Source: Macrostomum lignano
Lineage: Eukaryota
NCBI GenBank assembly: GCA_002269645.1
Contig: NIVC01001965.1
Coordinates: 301,560-365,559 of the forward strand
Reading direction: 5' to 3'
DNA length: 64,000 nt
The notes under the pieces are model-generated. The model did not search any database. It saw only the letters and a list, made by a program, of their open reading frames with translations, and was not told the origin of the DNA. The position numbers and the translations under genes were made by a program. Position 1 is the first letter of the stretch. Every line of letters starts with the position of its first letter. Shown here one piece after another: positions 45,301 to 56,000 of this stretch.

Positions 45301-48300
45301 TTGTACGTGTATTTTAGAGTCGGTAGACTCTAGAGCCTAATAGTTTCTGAAGTCTATAGAGGGATACCCGAGTCTATAGTTTAGCCTCTAGAGACTACAG
45401 ATGATTTATGGAATCTGATGATTATGATGATTTACGTCTATAGATTCTATAATCTCTAGTTGATATGAGTCACTACATGTATCCCAGAATATCTTGATAG
45501 ATCCTACAGTCTATCGATAAAATTGCAACGAAACTTTTCTCTAGATGGATTCTAAAGACTCTAGATGATTCTAAAGACTCTAGATGGATTCTGAAGACTC
45601 TAGATGGATTCTAAAGACTCTAGATGGATTCTAAAGACTCTAGATGGATTCTGAAGACTCTAGATGGATTCTAAAGACTCTAGATGATTCTAAAGACTCT
45701 AGATGGATTCAGAAGCCTCTAGATGGATTCCGAAGCCTCTAGATGGATTCAGAAGCCTCTAGATGGATTCTAAAGACTACAGATGGATTCTAAAGACTAC
45801 AGATGGATTCTAAAGACTCTAGATGGATTCCGAAGCCTCTAGATGGATTCTAAAGACTACAGATGGATTCTAAAGACTACAGATGGATTCTAAAGACTCT
45901 AGATGGATTCCGAAGCCTCTAGATGGATTCTAAAGACTCTAGATGGATTCTAAAGACTCTAGATGGATTCTAAAGACTCTAGATGGATTCTAAAGACTCT
46001 AGATGGATTCTAAAGACTCTAGATGGATTCCGAAGCCTCTAGATGAATTCTAAAAAAGAGTATAGATGGATTTTAAAGCCTCTAGGTGAATTATAAAGAC
46101 TATAGATTAATTATAAAGACCATAGATGAATTCTAAAGACTATAGATGAATTCCGAAGCCTCCAGATGGATTCTAAAGACTATACATGGATTCAGAAGCC
46201 TCTAGATGGATTCCGAAGCCTCTAGATGGATTCAGAAGCCTCTAGATTAATTTTAAAGCCTCTAGATGGATTCCGAAGCCTCTAGATTAATTATAAAGCC
46301 TCTAGATGGATTCAGAAGCCTCTAGATTAATTATAAAGCCTCTAGATGGATTCAGAAGCCTCTAGATGGATTCAGAAGCCTCTAGATGGATTCAGAAGCC
46401 TCTAGATGGATTCAGAAGCCTCTAGATGGATTTTAAAGCCTCTAGATGGATTCCGAAGCCTCTAGATTAATTATAAAGCCTCTAGATGGATTCAGAAGCC
46501 TCTAGATGGATTCAGAAGCCTCTAGATGGATTCAGAAGCCTCTAGATGGATTCAGAAGCCTCTAGATGGATTTTAAAGCCTCTAGATGGATTCCGAAGCC
46601 TCTAGATTAATTATAAAGCCTCTATACGAATTCTAGATAACTCCTAGGGCTGTCAGATAATTTCAAGACTATTTAGGCAATTTCTAAAATTTTCAGGGTT
46701 TTAGTCTAACCAGAATCCCTAGATTCGTTTTTCGTCTATAGATCTAATATCAGTGGCTACATGGACATAGACTAGATGCCTACTAGAGCGATCTCTGAGT
46801 CAAGGGTCTCAAGATCTATAGACTGCTGAGCTAGTTCAATTAAAGGCACACTCTAATTGAAGTGTTAAATGCACTCACAAACATCTGGCTGGAGTCGCGG
46901 AAGCACAGGCCGAAGTACTCCTTCTCGTGAAGGCCCAGCGCCACGCAGACCTCGTCAAACAGATCCGTTGGCTTGCCATTGGGCTGTGTTGAGTGGGAAA
47001 ATAGAGGAAAAATAATAAAATTACCAATTACATAAAATATATCCCTGTACATTTTTTGCTTTATAAAGTTACTAACGCTACATATCGGCGTTTGGAGCTA
47101 AATAAGTATCATGTAGTTTAATTGAACGCGGAACTGCGTTGTTTAAAATAAGCAAGGAATCTTTGAACATTGGGAGTAAAGTATAACAATTTCCATTCCT
47201 AGATTTACATGCAGTTGGACTATGTGAAAAACTGGACAGATTTTAATGCTGAAATATGCGACTTAAGCCCAGACAGATCATTCTGTAACTGCGCATTTTC
47301 AGCCCCGCATAGCAGTCCAAAGCTAATTAGCTATTTTATTAGCTATTTTATTTTATTGCACCAAAATAAATTAGACATTATTGATGGACATATGAAAATT
47401 AGAAGATTAGATTCTTATAAAATAAAAGACCACTTTAAAAAATACAAAACAAAAGCAGAATTTAGTTTTGCTCAGTTCTGGTCTCAAATTTTACTTTAGA
47501 AATGACTCTAGAGAAAATGAAATTTTTATTTCTAAGGCTTGTAGCCCAGTGGTCAGAGCGTCGGACTCACGACTGAAACGTCGCGGGTTCGATTCCCGAC
47601 CCACTTGGGACTATTTGTGTCATTGAGCAAGACACTTAACTCTGCATTGCTTCAGTTCACCCAGCTGTAAAATGGGAGCCAGCATTAGCTGGGGTAATTG
47701 AGGCTGTGTGTGGCGACCCCCAGTCCTTGGACTGAGCAGTTGTAAACAGCCTTCAGCAGCCTTCAGTGAAGGTGTGTAATTCATTAATATTATTATTAGG
47801 CACTAAATTGACAAAATCTCACCTTCTGGAGTTCATTATTGGAGGGTGACTACGTTCAAAGCAAATTTGGATTTTTTAAACGGATTTTTCAATTAATGGC
47901 TCTTTTCACGGCGCTGAGTGGGGTTTGGCCATAGACAAATCCGTCCAGACAAAACACTGCAGAGACAGGAGCAGCTGCAATTTTGCCGCAACTTTGCTTG
48001 CTTGCCGGTCTCCGGCAGCAGTTCATGAAAAAGCAGCTTGATAAACTTTTGAGCGCAGCTCGGACAAAACACGAGATTATACTTACTATATCTTGTCCCC
48101 TAGAGATAAACTGGACACTCACATCAACATCGAATGTGTGCACCGAGCCGTCCAGCATCACCACCTCGATGGGCTTCAGCTTGCCGGAGGGCTTGGCCGG
48201 CCGGCTGGCCGTGTTGTAGGACTGCTGCGACTGCATAGTGCCGGACTGATAAAACGGCACGCCCTTGTCCCGCAGGGTATAATAGTCCTTCTTGGACATT

Positions 48301-48392
48301 GTGCTCTCGAACTCGGCATTCCGACCAGTGGCACCCCGGCCGTCGAGGGGCAGAGTGGACGACTGCATGGTGGCGCTGCCGTGATCAGACAT
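30339..48392 (-). CDS. Band 4.1/coracle-like FERM protein fused to two DDX1-type SPRY domains, 14 exons, 1114 aa
   Basis: Exons 48392-48123, 46983-46879, 45231-45189, 40959-40727, 40356-39929, 39744-39590, 36756-36323, 35888-35352, 34749-34255, 32611-32468, 32358-32272, 31742-31557, 31305-31213, 30473-30339. All junctions are GT-AG, phases match, total 3345 nt. FERM motifs: VVMLDGS, EKEYFGL, FWLNNEK, VKFYPPDP, AKKLAMYGVDLH, FSWPKILKVSY, LWRAVVEHHGFFR. SPRY motifs: WQMNP...WQGCRA...KWYYE...RVGW...GDIVGAYLD...NGKELG...YPAACL...NFG, plus a second full copy. Confidence 0.88.
30720..30945. repeat. 44 bp unit array (same family as 29.7 kb), last intron of the FERM gene
   Basis: About 5 copies. Confidence 0.94.
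32785..33200. repeat. 75 bp unit array containing the reverse complement of the 44 bp unit core
   Basis: GGAAATGGAGTGGGGTGGGTGTCTCAGCGAGGCT versus the reverse complement of the 30.8 kb unit GGAAATGGAGTGAGGTGGGTGTCGCAGCGCGGCT (31/34 by eye). Confidence 0.93.
33988..34125. repeat. GC-rich 16-18 bp GCGCCAGCAGCACCAG array
   Basis: About 7 degenerate copies. Confidence 0.85.
35003..35305. repeat. 32 bp unit CAGGCAGCCGCTACTTCCAATGGATTCTTCCA array (intron inside SPRY2)
   Basis: About 9 copies. Confidence 0.95.
35935..36255. repeat. 20 bp unit CTCCTATCTACACCTCCCCG array (intron inside SPRY1)
   Basis: About 15 copies. Confidence 0.96.
37000..37150. repeat. 41 bp unit TGTGTGACCTCAATCGACCCCTGTTCTCCTCAGTCCCGCAC, about 4 copies
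   Basis: Direct reading. Confidence 0.9.
37940..39460. repeat. 14/16 bp unit TGACACCCTGGCTC(TC) array
   Basis: About 100 copies. It explains the spurious ORFs at 37.9-39.6 kb. Confidence 0.98.
41045..41480. repeat. 34 bp unit GCTACTTCAGTGCCCCTGCAGCAATACCCTCTGA array
   Basis: About 12 copies. Confidence 0.96.
42470..43780. repeat. 21 bp unit ATGATGAATGAACAGTTGATA array
   Basis: About 60 copies. Confidence 0.97.
45538..46635. repeat. 20 bp unit TCTAGATGGATTCTAAAGAC array
   Basis: About 54 copies with variant blocks. Confidence 0.97.
47536..47760 (+). mobile_element. tRNA-derived SINE with a MIR-like CORE domain (family S2)
   Basis: A box TAGCCCAGTGG and B box GGTTCGATTCC, then TGTGTCATTGAGCAAGACACTTAACTCTGCATTGCTTCAGTTCACCCAGCTGTAAAATGGG, which resembles the remembered MIR core TGTGACCTTGGGCAAGTCACTTAACCTCTCTGTGCCTCAGTTTCCTCATCTGTAAAATGGG. 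Confidence 0.8.
47908..48072 (-). mobile_element. Family F repeat, truncated copy 2 (FERM intron 1)
   Basis: Reverse complement of the core of the 1448-1666 and 54946-55180 copies. Confidence 0.85.
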
Positions 48393-50094
48393 GGCTTATA
48401 TGCGACTGGGCGACTGGGGCGGTGCCCTGCTTGCGGGGTTGGGTTGGCAATAATATGCTATTTTAGTTTTGCACATTAATAGACTGTAAATATAATTTAA
48501 TCAAACAGTGTATACAGTGTGCTATCAAAGAGTTAGACAAATACTTCAAGCTGCTTTTATAAAGAAGAAATGGGTGGATTTTTTAAATGCAATGATACGA
48601 AATTATAAAACTTCCAAGGCGAGTAATGGTGTATAAAAATAAAAAGATCAAACAAAAATCGAGAAATAAGAACAGTAATATCTTCCAGCTTTTTAAAGTA
48701 TGAAAATACAGATACTAAACATTAGTGTATTCTATTTACCAGAATACACATTAGAACATGCGTAAAACAACTACGAAAGAAGCTGCTCATATATGGTATT
48801 ACTCAAGATTCATAATTTAAATTTTAAGATAATTTTAATTTTAATTTTTATTTTAATTTTTTTTATTCATAAACTTCGAAAGCGCTTAGTCGGTTGCATG
48901 ATTATTTTTTAGAATAATTTTGTTGTTTACTAAACTTCAAAATTAATAAACATGATTAATTAACTACTTGCTGGGTATAGGAACTTAAAATTACAAGAAA
49001 GTAAATAAACATAGCTTCCTGTTCTAATGTTGATAGCACGCACAAATTTTACTATTAAATGTGGGATTAGATTTGAATACTTTATAAAGAAAAAAATATA
49101 TATGAAAATAAGTAAGATACTCACCGTAAATTATGCGAAATGAAATAACTAAATTGGAAGAAAACTATTTGGAACTAGCTGCGCCAAAGTACTGAAGAAC
49201 TTTCAGTATATGGGCTGACTAAAATAAGCTGACTAAAGATTGCGGTTTTCCTGGATTGACGCGGAAGTCGAAAAATTTATAGAACGCTAGCGTGCCTATC
49301 AACGACAAATAACGAGATAAATTAAACCCGGAATTTTTTGAACATATTGAGTTCAACGAAACTAAATTAAAGAAAACATTTGGGAAGAAGTGAAATACTT
49401 AATAAAACTATAATATAATTTAAAAGCACAAATAGGATGTAAATAAAGCCTTTTCGTGCTACAAAATTATCCGAAACAGAATTTTAATGCCTTAAATACT
49501 CCTATGGGCATATTGCGTTCCAATAATTACTTGAAATCGATGGAACAAATCAATTGGATTTAATTTTTTCCCCAAAAATTTATGAATATGACAATACCAT
49601 CGCCACGCTGCACAAATTTCCATAGTGAAAAGTTTTGTTTCTGTACTTCTTCAATATTATGTCGTGCTTCTTCTTCAAAATGTCGTGCAGAAGATTCATA
49701 TACAAGTATATTAACAGGTTTATTTTTCAATTCTGACCAGTGATCACTATAGTTCTTTTGAATGAATGTATCTATCTAACCGTCATGTAGTTCTGCATAA
49801 AAATAAGATAAATTTGTTTTGGCTGACCAGACTTCACGCAAGTGTAGTAGACGTATGGACGACTTACATTTGCATGTGTGATATATAGCGCTATAAATGT
49901 GGGGGTTTTGTTTCGACGCTGTAAATTGCATTATACTCAAAATCATATTTTAATTACACTAGGGTTTGGTAGCATGCGCAAATTTTGGCTTATATTCGTT
50001 GAGGGTTCGCGTGACCTCGGACGTCAAGATCATTGACGAAATTGCTAATTAATCGCTTTTTCGTATTAAATGGCCTGTTTAAGACGTGGCAAAA

Positions 50095-53000
50095 TTATAT
50101 CCTGATTATCAACTTGAACTTTTCCTGCTTTTGCTTCGTAAGCGAAGCTTTAAACGACGGAGCATCCGCTGATAGACTCACTTGAACAGCAAGTTGACTA
50201 GCTGCTGCTGCCGACGCTGCAGGCACCCCACCGGCAGAGACAGGCGCGCCTGCGTTTTTTATGAACCAACAGCCTATGTTGTTGCTGTTGTAAAGCAAGC
50301 ATTTCTATTTTTTTAAAAATGAAAATAAACAGAACATAATAAATACTGCAGGATTTAGAAGTCAAGCTACGTGGCTACGTGGCTGTTTTTTAAGAATGAC
50401 AACCAGGCGATTTATATTGACAGTTTGATGGATGGACAATCGGATGGTTGTGAGCGTGAGATAATAAAACTATAAATATTAAAAGCAGACAGTTGGTTGT
50501 ACTGTTACAAAAAAGAAACGCAGCGCACAACAAAGTAGAATAAAATGCCGCAGAAGTCTCGATCAGATCGAACTAGAGTTAGAAATTGAGGAGTTATCCC
50601 TAGTAATTATTTCAGTGCCTCATAAATTACTTCATAAAGACACCAGAACTGTCGGTTTTGACCATAGACAAGTTTTCATGAAGTCTAAGGAACCCCTTCC
50701 GTGGAAGAGACACTACTGATTTGGCCATAGATATATGCAAGAGCTCTATTATATGCAAGACAGTTTAATACTGTAATAATACAAACCAATTTAATATAAA
50801 AATGCAGCATGTTTTGAGGTCTTTATAATGTCAAGCGATTGCTTTGGCATCATTAATTTTAAAAGCAAATATTTTTGTTTACTACTAATAGAGTATTAGA
50901 TACAATTTCATGGTTTTTTAACTGTAATAAACATAATTTTGCTTGCTCTTACTAACAGTAAAGTATTAAAGAATTGATTAAAATAAATTTTATACGCGTA
51001 ATATTCTGCCATTTCTACTGTTAGCAGAATATCAATCAAATGCTATATATTCTAAATTGTATTTATATCTCTGAATTCATTGATTTTGAAGTTTTTTATT
51101 TAGGAGAATTTCCTGGTAGTCCCGCATAAGCATCATCAAAATACCCGAGAGTTTATTACTCGTTATGTCTGTCCCCTACAAGGCCTAGTAGAAGAATCTT
51201 ACGCAAATGCACGACGTTATCCATATGACATGAGCGGTCAAAAAAAGAAAAGCAACAACAAAAAACAGAACCAAAAAGTTAATAAAGGAACTATTAAGCA
51301 CTTCTCTATAGCACCGGGAGAACAATATAGGTGCATCAGAGTAGCTAGTCACTAGTAATCAGAGTAGCCAGATACCAGCAATACGAGTAGCTAGTCACTA
51401 GTAATCAGAGTAGCCAGATACCAGCAATACGAGTAGCTAGTCACTAGTAATCAGAGTATTTAGTTACTAGTAACCAGGGTAGCTAGTTATTAGTTGTTGC
51501 ATATGCTGCATGCTATGCTGCATTGTTCATAGATTTATTTTCTTCTAAAAGTAGTCTATGTGCCATCGGGGCAAAATGTTACCGTACACCTTGTTTGCTA
51601 GAAACTTTAATGCCCTTAAGGGTAAAGAAATATAAGAGCGAGCTTCGTGCACATGCCAATTTGGAGCTGCTCAAATAACGCCCTCCTTCAATTCATAAAC
51701 CCAAGTGCCTTTGCGTTCTTCAACCGTAACATGGCGACGAGGAAAAGTCACTGGATTCACTGAAGAAGCTGTGTACTGACTACCTTACGTTCGCAGGACT
51801 GATAACTCAGCCGCTGGATTTTCGACTTGGAGAATTGCCTCTTTCTTATCATGAGATTGAGCAGTATTTCAAAAGACTGCAGTTTTACTTGGTGGCTTCA
51901 GGGAAGCAAGCTCACTCCAAAGCAGTACTTCTAGCGACATGCGGAGACGCAGCCTTCACGCTGATAGAAGAGCTTGCAAAGCCAAAAGACATCACGAAGG
52001 ACGAAGTAACGTTCGATGATATCCAGAGTTCGCTAACCGCACATTTTAAGCCCAAAACATTGCTTCACTATGAGAGACACGTGCTTCACTCCATGGTGCA
52101 AAAAGAGGGTGAATCGATTGCTACCTACATCGAATGTCTAAAGCGCCAAGCCAACAAATGCAGATTCGGTGATCTCCGAGACGAACTAATTCTGTCGCAG
52201 TACATATTTGGCTTGCGGAATCAAGTGTTAAAGCAAAAGCTTCTTTCAAGAGAGGATGTCACTTTGGAAGGCGCGATACAAGAAGGTTTGCTGTCTGAGT
52301 CGATTAGGATGGCAACAAGCAAGCCGGATACAATCGCGGCGGTACAGAAGAAGAGTCATTCCGGATGGGTGAGACCAGAGAAGACGCCTGCCCACAAGCA
52401 GCAGCACAGTTTGGACAACCGCAAAGGACCGACAAAGCCTCGTGAAACTGGTCACTGCCACACATGCGGAAAAGCAGGACACGTCAGGTCAAAGTGCCGA
52501 TTTCGGGATGCGCAGTGCCGAAAGTGTGGGAAGGTTGGACACCTGGCAGCAGTTTGTCGCTCCAAGACCGTTAATGCTCTGCAGAACGTGTGCCGATCAG
52601 AGGATTCTAGCCATGGACATGTGGGAGCAATCTACGCGACAACTGACATCGGAGATCGTCATTCAACGGCTATATTTATTGGCTATACTGGGAATGGATT
52701 TCCTATCGCGCCTAAACATACTACACATCGACGGACGCATTTCAGAAGATCTTTGAAGATCTTTGATGCAAATTCGAGATTTCTCGCAAGTTTCCGCCTC
52801 CGCTCAGATGCTAGAACGGACGGCATGCGATATCCTGCCAGATCTCTGCCCTTTTCGATGAAGTCTATGGTTGAGACTGAGCTCAAGCGACTGCTAAATG
52901 CAGGCATTATATATCCAGTGGAAGACCCAGACGTTTCTGCGCCAATTGTTCCAGTTTTAAAGCAGCAAGGCTCAACGAGACCAATACGTCTATGCGGCGA

Positions 53001-56000
53001 CTACTCAGTCACGCTTAATCGCATAATCGATGCCGATCGCTACAAGCTTCCAAAGCTAGAAGAAATCCTTTCTAAAATTCCTAATGCCAAGTACTATTCA
53101 GTCTTGGATTGGAAGACGCGTTTCTTTAAGTTGCGCTTTCGCCTGAGAGCCAGAAACTTACCTGCATCTCTACGCACCTGGGCCACTTCGCTTTCAAAAA
53201 TCTTCAGTTCGGAATTTCCGCAGCACCATTAATATTCCAAGAAGTCATGGATGATGTGCTCAGAAACGTAGAATGCACTGCTTCGTATCAAGACGACATA
53301 ATAATCGGAACTCCCGGAGACCGACAACAATACATGCTGGTGCTAAACAAGGTAAAGCAACGTTTGGCTGACAATGGGTTCAAAATTAACGCCCGCAAGT
53401 CACAGGAATGCTTAAAAAGCGTCAAGTTTCTCGGGTTCATTCTCCACAACGGCAAGCTCGAGCCTGATCCAGCGAGAATAGAGGCATGGGAAAATATGCC
53501 AGATCCCGCGGATAAAGACCAATTAAAAAGCGCCTTGTGTACTCTTCGACACTACGGCCTGTTCTGCAAGAATTTTTCTATCATTGCTCGACCATTGTAT
53601 TCATTATTGAAGAAAGGACAGCACTGGTTCTGGAACAAAGAACATTCACAGGCCTTCACGAGATTGAAGCAAAGTATTCGACAAGGAGCAATAACTGCTT
53701 ACGACTCGTCCAAGCGTCTGTTTCTGACTTGTGATGCGTCAAAGGATGGATTGGGGTTCGTGCTCTCTCATGACAGAGAGCAGAGACAGATTGTTTGGCT
53801 CGGAAGCAGAGTGCTCACACCCGCAGAGGGCAATTATGCAAATATCGAACGAGAGGCGCTGGCTATCGTCGAAGGAGTTAAGTATTTCCACCAGTTTCTC
53901 GCCGGAAGAAGATTTACTATTCTATCAGACCACAGACCGCTTCAGTTCATTTTCGATCACAATAAATCGTCTGAGCGTGTTTCCGCCAGGCTTCAACGCT
54001 GGTCGCTCATTCTACGAGCGTATGACTACAAGATCGAATATTCCAAAGACGATTCGATGTACGCCGCTGATACTCTGTCGCGACTTCCAAGTGGCAATTG
54101 TATAACGAAGGAATCCGTCAACCTACTGTCAATAAATGCCCAGGACACCTTTGCGAATTCCGAAGATCTACTGCGTCGAATTGCTAAGACGAATGACTGC
54201 CATCTGCAGACACTGAAGCATTACATTCAGGATGGATGGCCGGAGTACTTACCGAAAGTCATGCTGCCTTACTCAAAAGGAAAGCTTGAGTATACTATAC
54301 AGAATGGCATTGTGTTTAAAGGATTCAAGCGGATTGTACCACCCAGTGATTTAGGAACGGAAATTTTACACCTGCTGCATGAAAATCACCCCGGGAGTTG
54401 TGCGCATGATTCGCTTGGCACGACAGTATTTCTGGTGGCCAGGAATCGACACGCAGATAAACAGTTTCGTTCAAAGGTGTGCACAGTGTCAGCTTCACGC
54501 AAGAAAGCGAACTGCCAGTTACTAGCAATACGAGTAGCCAGTTACTAGCAATCAGAGTAGAAAACCTTGCCGACGCAGCTCCTCAGTGACGCACAGCTGC
54601 GAGTTGCTATCCGCACCAGCCGGGACCAGCAGCTGCAGCACGGGTTCGCCAGTTCCCGGCTGGAACCGGATCAGCCTGGCCCTGATTGGTTCATAGGTGG
54701 CGCACTTTGTCAGCCGTTGAAATTCGGCGATGCACTCGTCGCTAGCACCGGCCGGTAGGACGAGCTCCGCGTCCAGGGTGCAGCGGATGGCCTGGCGGGG
54801 GTTTACGAGAGGCTTATAGAAACTAGTCTGTCTTAGTACTGGAAGCTGTGGGCATGTGGACTAGAAAAGGCCACCATGCACAGCTGAAGCAGCAGGACGC
54901 TGCACTCGCGAATCGTGCAGACTGGCGAGATGGGAAGTTTTCAGTTCTTCAGCACTGAATCCCCAATTTCTCACCTGCTGGACTTCCGAATTGCAAATGC
55001 AGCCAGCAGGTGTTTTGTCCGAGCTGCGCTTACAAGTTTATCAAGCTGCTTTTTTCATGAACTGCTGCCGGAGACCGGCAAGCAAGCAAAGTTGCGGCGA
55101 AATTGCAGTCGCTCCTGTCTCTGCAGTGTTTTGTCTGGACGGATTTGTCTATGGCCAAACCCCACTCAGCGCTGTGCAAAATGCAAATCTTTGACAAAAA
55201 ACACCTGCTGGCTGCATTTGCAATTCGGAAGTCCAGCAGGTGAGACTTTCTTTCCAGAAAGCATGACCCCCCATCAACACGTACACTAAGAGGGACAGCT
55301 GACCCCTGACCTCCCCCTGGATGGCTCTGCCATTTTAAGTGAAAAATCATCTTAAATTTCAGGGAGGGGGAAAAGCTGCCTTTTCTGTCCAGCTGAATTG
55401 AACAGTTCTCTCTTATTGGTACAATGCCAAAGCGAAATCGGGATGCTAAATATATAAATCTGGCCAGTTTTTAAAAGTACACCCTTGGGGGCGGGAGTCC
55501 CCATTCATCCCTGATAACTTTCACTACCAACCTGGAAGGGCAGCTCGCAAAACTGAGGCTGCAGTCGGAACGCCCGGCCAACTGGCACCATCAGAGAGTC
55601 GCCATAGTCCAAACAGTCCACATCCAGCATAGCCTGCTGCTGCTGTGTAAGGTCAACACTGACAACTCTGGCCCGTTGCCAGGTTTGATCTGGCTCATAA
55701 TAAGCGGCCACCAATTCGCCTGGGCAAAGGTTGCAGCCTAGCGGATGGTCAGGCTTCAAACCATTATAGTACTCAACCATCGAGCAGACCAGATTGCTCA
55801 GACTTCTGCTCTGTTCGTTGTCGCACAGCAAGTAGAAAACTAAGGGATCGTCGCCTACAGCCGACACGCAGACGCTTATAGGTTCGTTGGTGGCTGGGAA
55901 TGCAGCGAACCTAACAGGGTATGGAGGCTGGGCGGCTGCTGAGCTGGCGGCTGAGGCTGCTGAGCTGGCGGCTGAGGCTGCTGAGCTGGCGGCTGAGGCT

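Noticed and set aside
47536-47605. Possible tRNA gene
   Set aside because: The anticodon stem does not pair, and the sequence continues into a SINE core. The same applies to 22947-23010.
51835-54548. Programmed gag-pol frameshift or a domesticated gag gene
   Set aside because: The break lies inside RT with an extra TAA, the protease active site is deleted and integrase is truncated. This is ordinary decay.
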